DNA of 64,000 nucleotides, taken from a virus. The stretch covers positions 80,987-144,986 of IMG/VR virus record IMGVR_UViG_3300032238_000599; one strand, written 5' to 3'. Below, piece by piece: positions 59,101 through 64,000 of this stretch; position 1 is the stretch's first letter, and every line of letters begins with the position of its first letter. The notes below the pieces were generated by a model. It made no database searches. It worked only from the letters and a program-made list of their open reading frames with translations, and had not been told where the DNA came from. The position numbers and the translations under genes were made by a program.

Positions 59101-59471
59101 CAGATCAAACACAGTATCCATCAGGTACATCTGTATCTACTGTAAGCACACGTACATTCGGTGCTACAACAGTATATCGTGTGGTATTTACACAGTCAGC
59201 TAACACTACGCAAAACGCGGCGTCAACACTGAAATTCCAGTTCGGCGCTAACTATGCCTTACCAGGTGAACAAGTTTTTGCGTTCGTATCCAACCCAGGA
59301 TCAACTGACATATTACCATTGTTAGACTTGAAGGAATTAACATCAACTGCCATTGGTGGACGTGGTACATTCCCTAACGGTCCGGACGTATTGGCTATCA
59401 ACGTGTATAAGGTTGCAGGAACCGCTACTAACGCCAGCTTAACAGTACGTTGGTCAGAAGCACAGGCTTAA
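53139..59471 (+). CDS. Giant virion structural protein (baseplate wedge / long-fibre-like, 2110 aa)
   Basis: KCRRDVSY repeat, DADFEYGLQPTKW, GSGY repeats, RYQSGKG, WYGAG and SHWGS motifs found in large T4-like structural proteins. Confidence 0.75.
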   Translation: MSKKLISTYKFVPGIVVPDTALYPNCTALLEANKKFLQEETIAYIQYNSANNIAPFVYYTYNADKCRRDVSYVLEGYLSDLKHGGNKQTVHNAQKYFENGIPQVDGDRTPEIAAHTFIKNLVQNFVLANIVYSARNTVISQVTLPITAEALGKTKLSDLNDIIVNVITNGLTSLPAISTNRGYVKFPGFYKLKDILLITNTSRNIIMYNFADPSYKAEVTYYETADSDFPGALYGTDKITTVTFDIDTSAMMVTDNIQIYVSAKSLEVRLNPIGTDAMERQKVGIPQSMLDADFEYGLQPTKWQAISMMRNYPAVYEIPSSDQSVISVTTDASTSTANTGASLITVTTVSPHGFVVNTPFTIKALANSVNGFSRAEGTFLVNSVPTTTSFTYYSKSKVGTSNGQLLSSTYTQLRKASYYTGAAVGNPTFSVYSAGSSGTITTVFTTDISQDRIGFSGAIPPLGAPITGTGIPSGAQITAINGPGGTGATTSLTVTANIGDTSIVVDNTTGIVPGMVIDRGDGTAVQVADISGNTVTLSGALTAQTLGSTQSYTGLSQSSTNGTGSGAVFTVSRTAGSYITTVTNPGGGYLQGDVCVIAGTSLGGLAPTNNATITVTSASDKNTVATFSGGSLVASSAYNPSSTTNLATTGGNGTGLTVDVTLDGSNVPTSVIIKTPGKNYTPGSTVKILSGVTRGVVLSTGIRVPGSGYTTTNNVAVSGGSGTGLTVDIVADPVGGVKQVNIGNAGSGYSNSQVSPTGGSGTGLVVSIGTSGGSIISISINNRGSGYTVGNTLTIPGGSGTATITVTGSVTNAEVTNVTINNPGSGYVSGETVTIPGGTGSNFQIGNVTADATIQIGTVNTGGVILSVNTSGTTISSPTKNFISAITISDLTTASVPSGTSLSYSAIATIEVAFSTAHGFVPGNTITAQITSTDTGAQLAAGAYFVENVPTPTTLRYTARTAGTIANTLTGILYARPDSFFIHRPFDGGVQLGTASPAHGAAAIRMSKKYIRYQSGKGVMYNTGALFAPSYDLRSLVATGTTAGNLITVTTDDTDHGCQVGSQITITGVTTSGYNNIYTVQDIINERVLTVVAKSALGNANAQLGNPCQMTVRTWHGSTVRAGIFDDQNGMFWQYDGQKMAVVQRSSTFQIAGTIAIAANSNAVTGNNTRFTQQLAAGDRVVIRGMSHIITAIASDTSMTVAPDYRGVNNATEVKIVKTVDKVVPQEYWNGDACNGSGQSGYNLDVTKMQMIGIQHTWYGAGFIDFMLRGSEGNYIFVHRFRNSNVNTEAYMRTGNQPVRYDVTNEGARGKLREDMNAQQTYIPLVAGDAYWFPTAGTIYIDNEMIRYTGNDGTNLTGCTRGATLTQFAAGSQRTFVGGIATTHSANTGGVLISNTITPNISHWGSAFMIDGQFDSDRGYIFNYAATGVSVSVDKKTAFLMRLAPSVSNAQTGDLGDKELLNRAQLLLSQISVTSDSVSGGGAIVVEGVINPSNYPDDPTKITWTGLNSAAAGGQPSFTQIANGGSVSWGGGASTSTATIQGAFTTTITAKSFSPITTTFTATSFSTVTQNLTATSFGTTSNTGTITARGNLAGTFGATYASAINTARRDIMVLTTDYDNYILTNTMSVGDTLAVTSVLTVNTKITSITRNVSGTAYTQIQFDLTPAASTAGTGNQAVTVTLVLGATYNTALSSTRTDFLITNAQYDGFTATPLRVGDGLSVATYLTGGQTVQSFTRNYVIINGTGYTRIVMSAAATSSSPVAASNGAQNITVVDTNALTVTFASAISSVRATFLVPQTQAASTTAKINDVLSTATYLAGGQTLSSITQNYATLGGTAYALVTMSGVGTLSSTTGTGNNLTITVTSADTSTYGRALSTGRVDFLITDTEYNASGILAGDGLSVATYLTGGQTIISATPGYTTISSVSYTRIVMSAAANSSSTSGGGNDITITVTAAGSSASYASTNYLFFTSASWTASNAIVGTRVASDQTQYPSGTSVSTVSTRTFGATTVYRVVFTQSANTTQNAASTLKFQFGANYALPGEQVFAFVSNPGSTDILPLLDLKELTSTAIGGRGTFPNGPDVLAINVYKVAGTATNASLTVRWSEAQA
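57930..59050 (+). repeat. Four approximately 90-aa tandem domain repeats within the giant protein
   Basis: T(Y/F)xxA(I/L)...(G/N)DxLxxxxxL recurs four times; GDGLSVATYLTGGQT and YTRIVMSAAA each occur twice. Confidence 0.75.
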
Positions 59472-59477
59472 AACGAT

Positions 59478-59732
59478 ATGGATTGGCAACAATCCAAAGA
59501 TCTAAGGTGGCGCCAGGAATTAACTGGCACTGCCCCTGCGCTGTTCGATCAGACTAGAGAAGTTTGGAATTTATACATTGAAGGCCCCGCAGGTGCTGTT
59601 CGAGCAGATGATATGGGCTTGTATATTGGTGCTCCTAGCCAAGCTATTGAAACAGCCTACTGGGACATTGTACATACCCTAGACGGGCATTATCATTGTT
59701 GTTTAACGGGCAAGGTTTGGTACTTGACGTAA
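59478..59732 (+). CDS. Hypothetical protein
   Basis: 84-aa ORF directly after the giant gene. Confidence 0.5.
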   Translation: MDWQQSKDLRWRQELTGTAPALFDQTREVWNLYIEGPAGAVRADDMGLYIGAPSQAIETAYWDIVHTLDGHYHCCLTGKVWYLT

Positions 59733-59923
59733 CGCCTACGTTCCCACCACATGATCCAATTGCCTGTATGTGCTAGGGCCATGACAAACCACATCAAAGG
59801 CATTTCCCAAGAGCCCATTAACGAGCTAGAACAGATGCTAGGCGGTGCTAACCAACTGACGACCGCCCCCGTATAGAACAAGGGCGCTGGCACTAGACTG
59901 ATTACAGTATTAACTAACTTCAT
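59693..59923 (-). CDS. Small membrane protein
   Basis: Two hydrophobic segments; ATGA overlap with the upstream oxygenase gene. Confidence 0.5.
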   Translation of the reverse strand: MKLVNTVISLVPAPLFYTGAVVSWLAPPSICSSSLMGSWEMPLMWFVMALAHTGNWIMWWERRRYVKYQTLPVKQQ

Positions 59924-60492
59924 TTCTTGTTGGGACGTAGCCCTAGCTGTGGACGACCATCATAGGCCAAGTGCTTGTTGGCGCCAAGAGCATCTACATA
60001 ATGCATGAAAACTTGTAGGCAACCTAAGCCTGTAAATGGCTCACGCCAATGGGTAACATCACAGCCTTTATAGGTAGCCGCATCTCCAGGTTGTAGCACA
60101 ATAGCTTCCCCATCCATGTAGATAGGCCAAGGTTCGGGATCTGCCAATAAATTCATAGTTAGCGAGTATTCACAGCTGGGTCGATCTGTATGCTGAACCA
60201 TACGAGCACCCTGCCAATGATAACGAGCATAGCTATATGTAGGTATAAGTTCTACTCCCCAATGCGCTTCTACAACAGGCTTTAGAGTAGCCAGTAGTCC
60301 TTCTGTAATAGCGGGCGCATAGATATCCCAGCAAGTGTCAGTTACCGATCCCTTGGCAGTAAAAGCAGAGTAATCGCTACGATCTGTTCCAGTTAGAAAG
60401 TATAGGTTTTCACGAGTTTGATTAAGTGTATTGATCATTAACAAGCGAGTCTGCTCATTGACAATTTGGGGTATCACATCGTATTTTTTCAT
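59920..60492 (-). CDS. 2OG-Fe(II) oxygenase
   Basis: PTYSYAR, HTDRPSCEYS, WPIY, HWRE and QVFMHYV motifs; start ATG 60492, 5 nt after a minus-strand TAAATA. Confidence 0.8.
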   Translation of the reverse strand: MKKYDVIPQIVNEQTRLLMINTLNQTRENLYFLTGTDRSDYSAFTAKGSVTDTCWDIYAPAITEGLLATLKPVVEAHWGVELIPTYSYARYHWQGARMVQHTDRPSCEYSLTMNLLADPEPWPIYMDGEAIVLQPGDAATYKGCDVTHWREPFTGLGCLQVFMHYVDALGANKHLAYDGRPQLGLRPNKK

Positions 60493-60551
60493 ATACATAT
60501 TTACTAGTGCTTTTTATCCCTAGCCGCAAACTTGAATAAATATATGCACTT

Positions 60552-61178
60552 ATGTCAAACGATCTACGCATTACTCAAATCAAACTTAAACTGTTAGAAG
60601 GACAGGATCTAACCATACAAGAACAGCAGATGCTCAGTGAAGTAGCACCCATGTTATTATTTGGCAATTGGCTACGTCAAAAAGCCACAGCTTGGATCAA
60701 GGATCAAATAGCCCAGGCAGTCAAAGGTCAGATTGTGGCCAAAGATGCGTGGACACAGGCAGATCAAGCTGTGGCAGCGGCTCTGGGACAAGAAGACAAG
60801 GAAATAGGTTCAACAATGACAGCCTATATAATGAGTCTAATACAAGGTGGTAATCCCATACAGGCCGCTATACAAATGGGCGTGGGAGCGGCAAAAGAGT
60901 ATGCCATGAAAGCCAGCGGCGCACAAGATGCTATTGATCAAACCAAGCAGGCAGTCACAGGACAAGCAGTACAAGCTCTAGCACAGGTGGCTCCTGGAGC
61001 AGCCGCACTCGTGCCACAGAAGACTCCACAAGGCAATCCACAGGCACAGAAAGCAGATCCACAAGCACAAGAAATCAAACAGTTTGCCCTACAGCTAGAA
61101 CCCATAGCTGATGACTGGGAAGAGAAAGTACAGACTGTTAAACCTCCCCAAAGTCAACAAGCTCCCAAGCTAGGATAA
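60552..61178 (+). CDS. Gln/Ala-rich hypothetical protein (possible internal head protein)
   Basis: TAAATA at 60537; LLEG and LSEVAP LxE motifs near the N-terminus. Confidence 0.5.
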   Translation: MSNDLRITQIKLKLLEGQDLTIQEQQMLSEVAPMLLFGNWLRQKATAWIKDQIAQAVKGQIVAKDAWTQADQAVAAALGQEDKEIGSTMTAYIMSLIQGGNPIQAAIQMGVGAAKEYAMKASGAQDAIDQTKQAVTGQAVQALAQVAPGAAALVPQKTPQGNPQAQKADPQAQEIKQFALQLEPIADDWEEKVQTVKPPQSQQAPKLG

Positions 61179-61179
61179 C

Positions 61180-61304
61180 CCGCGGAGCGGACAGCAGAAT
61201 TTCAGCTTGCGCGAAGCGCAGAGCGAAGCGATACAAAAACGGTAAAGAGATTTTGCCCTTGGGTTAACTACGTTGTTAATGCTGTGCTAGGCTCCGCCGC
61301 ACAG
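61180..61304. other. Cluster of GNA-triloop mini-hairpins between convergent genes
   Basis: CCGC-GGA-GCGG (61180-61190), TGCGC-GAA-GCGCA (61208-61220) and GC-GAA-GC (61223-61229) on plus; GGC-GGA-GCC (61290-61298) on minus, inside a CTGTGC/GCACAG stem. Confidence 0.7.
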
Positions 61305-61309
61305 TAGCT

Positions 61310-61492
61310 CTAGAGTGTGCGCGAAACTTCTAACAAGTATTCACTGTGAGCAAGCAGTAGTCCCTGTCCATTTGCATCTGGACGCATATAATAATACTCT
61401 AACCATACTAGAGCACCACTACGCATACGTTGGGGCAACCATGCATAAAAGCGTGTATAGGTACGATCGTTGACTGTGTATATTTTACGCAT
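61310..61492 (-). CDS. Small hypothetical protein
   Basis: RFYAWLP..M.SG..VWLE.Y motif seen in small phage proteins; overlaps the upstream stop. Confidence 0.55.
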   Translation of the reverse strand: MRKIYTVNDRTYTRFYAWLPQRMRSGALVWLEYYYMRPDANGQGLLLAHSEYLLEVSRTL

Positions 61493-61700
61493 TGGGTAAT
61501 CCTGTAGCTAGATCTAGACTAGGATCTACATAGTGAGCACAGTCTGAAAAGCGTAAGATGAACTCTGTATATACTGTGCCCGTGGGAACCCAAAAGCGTG
61601 TACGGTTTAAGTGTACTTCACAGCGTAATTTATAGTGTGCAATAAAGTCGAAAACTTCACGACAACGTGGATCTGAGTTTAGCACGTAATAGTGATGCAT
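61485..61700 (-). CDS. Small hypothetical protein
   Basis: GGAG RBS; EVHLNRTRFWVP motif. Confidence 0.55.
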   Translation of the reverse strand: MHHYYVLNSDPRCREVFDFIAHYKLRCEVHLNRTRFWVPTGTVYTEFILRFSDCAHYVDPSLDLATGLPNA

Positions 61701-61991
61701 AGTAACTCCATGAGAATTTCCAATAATACGGGATCGAGTTCAAGAGGGGCAATCATAATATTATATAGCCCGATCGGGGTCTACACATCAAAAAAAATAT
61801 TTTTGTAAAATTTTTTAGAGCCCGAAATGGTACCGGCATGGTGAAAAAATTACCGCGCAAAAAATATACATGGAGTACTTTTCTTTTCAGGGTGGTGATT
61901 CTAACTCGGTGGCGTTAGGGTTGTTGCGTTTTAGCAACTGTTTATAATGTATAGCCCCGACCCCCCACTCCCTTCACCATCCGACCGAGAG

Positions 61992-62035
61992 AAAAAAAAA
62001 TCCTAGGAGCCGGGAGCGAATCGGACATCCTAGGA
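61992..62035 (-). terminator. Intrinsic terminator of the early operon
   Basis: TCCTAGGA...TCCTAGGA stem followed on the minus strand by nine T. Confidence 0.75.
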
Positions 62036-62129
62036 CGCAAAACATCTAGGCATTGCACCCGATGTTTTTAGGTTACTGTAGGTAAATACTCTGCCGGGAG
62101 CGAATCGGTCTTATCAGTATCTACTACAG
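61992..62129 (-). ncRNA. Candidate structured RNA (three hairpins, the last an intrinsic terminator) with two CCG-AUUCGCUCC-CGG loops
   Basis: Exact 16-bp repeat GCCGGGAGCGAATCGG at 62009-62024 and 62093-62108, each enclosed by a longer stem; G-U pairs and a U9 tail support the minus strand. Confidence 0.6.
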
Positions 62130-62134
62130 CGTAG

Positions 62135-63034
62135 TTAAGCCCTACGCATTACAGTAACCTCAGCAACAGCTTGCCAGCGATCTGGAAAGCTCTTCTTCAA
62201 GTCTGCTAACTTGAGCACAGTCCTAAGACTTAGCTCGCGCAGTTTCTTCTTATTGTCTTCCATAAACTCTACGACTTCACGAGTACCTTCTTCCCCGAAG
62301 TCATAGCTATCTAACATACCACAGTCTCTGATCACTTGCTTGATACGCAAGACCTTCTCACGCTCTGTGTCAATAGTCAAGTCCAAATAGTGGCAACGGC
62401 TCTCAATAGCTTCCAAGTGATCACGAAGCTTCTTGCTCTTAACGTGCTCGAACTTAATATTAGTAATGAACACACAGCCGCCATTGTACTCAAATGAGTT
62501 GGGCACACCTTCTTGACGTAGGAGTCTGCTGTCAGTGTTCCAATGGATAGTACGCTTCTTGCTTGTATCCAGAGCTGCCTTGAGAATGTTCAAGCTCAAG
62601 TCATCAAGCAGTACTGAGTCGCAGTCATCGAACACAAGGATGCTCTTCTTATCACTGAACTCGTAGAGCTTCTTATAGAGTCCAATAGCTGACATTGCAC
62701 CCTTGACGATCTCGTACTTCTTGAGCTTCTCGTCCTGTGCTACAGTAGCAAACACATCGTGCTTGCTGAGTACACTCTCTACACCAAATGACTTGCCCAC
62801 ACCCGGAGGGCCTGTAACGATCATTGCTCTCACAGCGCCCTTCTTAACGGCACGTGTCATGTCGTCTAGGATTTCAAAGCGATCCTTCAAACGAGTCATG
62901 ATAGCTTCGTCTGACTCTTTGGCTACTGCGGCTTCTTTGGCTCGCTGTACCTGCGTGTCTACCTCAAGGCTAGCTGTAGTACCTTTAGAACTCTTGCGCT
63001 GTGCCAGCATCTCCATTGTTACAACTCTGCTCAT
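62135..63034 (-). CDS. P-loop (AAA+-like) ATPase, early gene
   Basis: GPPGVGKS Walker A, LVFDDCD Walker B, FITN and SR arginine finger; RBS AGGAGCGACA. Confidence 0.85.
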   Translation of the reverse strand: MSRVVTMEMLAQRKSSKGTTASLEVDTQVQRAKEAAVAKESDEAIMTRLKDRFEILDDMTRAVKKGAVRAMIVTGPPGVGKSFGVESVLSKHDVFATVAQDEKLKKYEIVKGAMSAIGLYKKLYEFSDKKSILVFDDCDSVLLDDLSLNILKAALDTSKKRTIHWNTDSRLLRQEGVPNSFEYNGGCVFITNIKFEHVKSKKLRDHLEAIESRCHYLDLTIDTEREKVLRIKQVIRDCGMLDSYDFGEEGTREVVEFMEDNKKKLRELSLRTVLKLADLKKSFPDRWQAVAEVTVMRRA

Positions 63035-63062
63035 TGTCGCTCCTGTGTGTTGTTAAGTGTCT

Positions 63063-63091
63063 ATTATACTATGTCTAGTCTTGGCAGTCAA
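63063..63091 (-). promoter_or_regulatory. sigma70 early promoter
   Basis: TTGACT-N17-TATAAT on the minus strand. Confidence 0.85.
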
Positions 63092-63243
63092 CTAGTTTGG
63101 CTTACTCGTTTGACCCAGGCTTGCCCATTGTACTGAGCTTCTACCATAGCCTGGGCCTGTGCTTGACTAGGAGCCTCAACAACCTGGCGGACTTCGCTGG
63201 TTGCTGAGTTAGTGCCCAATTGGAATATGACTTCGTACTGCAT
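63088..63243 (-). CDS. 51-aa hypothetical early protein (not in the ORF track)
   Basis: MQYEVIFQLGTNSATSEVRQVVEAPSQAQAQAMVEAQYNGQAWVKRVSQTS; TAATG overlap with the upstream gene; fills the gap exactly. Confidence 0.65.
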   Translation of the reverse strand: MQYEVIFQLGTNSATSEVRQVVEAPSQAQAQAMVEAQYNGQAWVKRVSQTS

Positions 63244-63566
63244 TAGTCTAGTCTCGATCCTGCGTAGGCTTTGAGTCCCAGGGCCTGTAGGAAGTTGGCT
63301 AGTGCATAGGCACCCGCTTCTTTGATGTCCACGTTCTGTACAGGCAAGTCACCTGGGTTCCAAAGGCTAAGGCATTTGGGTTTGTAGTCCTTGCGGAAGC
63401 CTGCTCGGATCAGTTCCTGCGCTTGCTTTGAGTTAGTACGATCTACATAGACCTCTACCCAAGCAAATCCACATGCACCGCGATCGCCGCCCCACTTTTG
63501 GTATTCAGCCATTGATGCCTGTTTAGCTAGGGTAAAGCCCGGTTGAATCATTTCTGCTGTAATCAT
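63243..63566 (-). CDS. Hypothetical early protein (GACGFAWV motif)
   Basis: Start moved to ATG 63566 with RBS AGGAGCGACACT; ends AGSRLD. Confidence 0.7.
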   Translation of the reverse strand: MITAEMIQPGFTLAKQASMAEYQKWGGDRGACGFAWVEVYVDRTNSKQAQELIRAGFRKDYKPKCLSLWNPGDLPVQNVDIKEAGAYALANFLQALGLKAYAGSRLD

Positions 63567-63600
63567 AGTGTCGCTCCTATTAATTGCTGTTGAAGTAGTT

Positions 63601-63629
63601 ATTATACTGTCTTTAGACCCAACTGTCAA
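63601..63629 (-). promoter_or_regulatory. Consensus sigma70 early promoter
   Basis: TTGACA-N17-TATAAT on the minus strand, overlapping the 3' end of the upstream gene. Confidence 0.88.
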
Positions 63630-63996
63630 CCATTACTACGGGCTTCTTCAGCACTCGTTTGACAAAGTCCTCGGGCTCGTCATCGCAACGCACTAGCATA
63701 AAGCCCATGCTCTCTACCAAGTCTACCTCGCAGATCTGTACGTCTATGCCTGCTTTGTCCAGGGCAATGTTCATCTTAGTCAGGGCATACTTGACGCCTG
63801 CTTCAAACACCATATGGTCTGTGTTGGTGACTTCTTCAAAGTCAAACTCTTTCTCCATGACCTCTGCGTACTCCTCACCGTCTGCTACGATGAAAGGGCG
63901 GATCTTCTTCCAGGCCTTTTGATCGGTACAGTCAAAGTGGTCACAGGCTTCGTTGAGGTCAAAGCTCGCGAAGTTGTCATAATTTGTTTTAGCCAT
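63613..63996 (-). CDS. Acidic hypothetical early protein
   Basis: 127-aa ORF with the same codon style as the other early genes. Confidence 0.65.
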   Translation of the reverse strand: MAKTNYDNFASFDLNEACDHFDCTDQKAWKKIRPFIVADGEEYAEVMEKEFDFEEVTNTDHMVFEAGVKYALTKMNIALDKAGIDVQICEVDLVESMGFMLVRCDDEPEDFVKRVLKKPVVMVDSWV

Positions 63997-64000
63997 TTGG

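Noticed and set aside
61679-61756. 25-codon minus-strand ORF (MIAPLELDPV...) after a TATAAT
   Set aside because: Too short, with no SD or recognisable motif; it may only be leader sequence of the 61700 gene.
61725-61760. GAGTTCAAG T-loop-like sequence suggesting a tRNA
   Set aside because: No T stem or cloverleaf can be built; I found no tRNA in the window.
62030-62070. GGACGCAAAAC on plus resembles part of the c-di-GMP-I riboswitch
   Set aside because: The upstream GGCAAA and GNRA/receptor elements are missing, and the G-U pairs and U tail favour the opposite strand.
62009-62108. Two 16-bp direct repeats as a mini-CRISPR array
   Set aside because: Only two short copies with a 68-bp structured spacer and no cas genes; better explained as RNA loops.
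1-64000. Stop-codon reassignment
   Set aside because: Standard-code ORFs tile the window densely and conserved genes are not fragmented.

Overview
A 64-kb segment of a large, AT-rich, T4-related myovirus (jumbo-phage-like gene set with rearranged T4 gene order). 1-8.7 kb: giant Thr/Gly/Ala-rich tail or fibre proteins. 8.8-17.4 kb: a tailoring-enzyme cluster (U32-like/methyltransferase fusion, two flavin-dependent halogenase homologues, two 2OG-Fe(II) oxygenases, a polytopic transporter). 17.4-35.4 kb: NUDIX, gp15, gp14, gp13, dNMP kinase, HNH, sheath, tube, gp54-like, gp4, small and large terminase and probable internal head proteins. 35.5-50.5 kb: replication and recombination genes (gp32, UvsX, UvsY, UvsW, gp62-like, a 192-aa mini-DnaE core, primase, carbamoyltransferase, gp41 helicase). 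51-59.5 kb: a second block of tail or fibre genes. 61.2-64 kb: a structured non-coding junction and the end of a minus-strand early region with consensus sigma70 promoters. The most striking unexplained signal is a three-hairpin, U-tailed RNA element (61992-62129, minus strand). Two of its loops display AUUCGCUCC, complementary to the AGGAGCGAC ribosome-binding sites of two adjacent early genes, so it is a candidate anti-Shine-Dalgarno regulatory RNA. Also notable are the mini-DnaE, the tail-linked tailoring cluster, a cluster of GNA-triloop DNA hairpins, near-leaderless TAA(A/G)TA-N4-7-ATG late genes and promoters nested in terminators. All calls come from motif recognition by eye; no database search was run.
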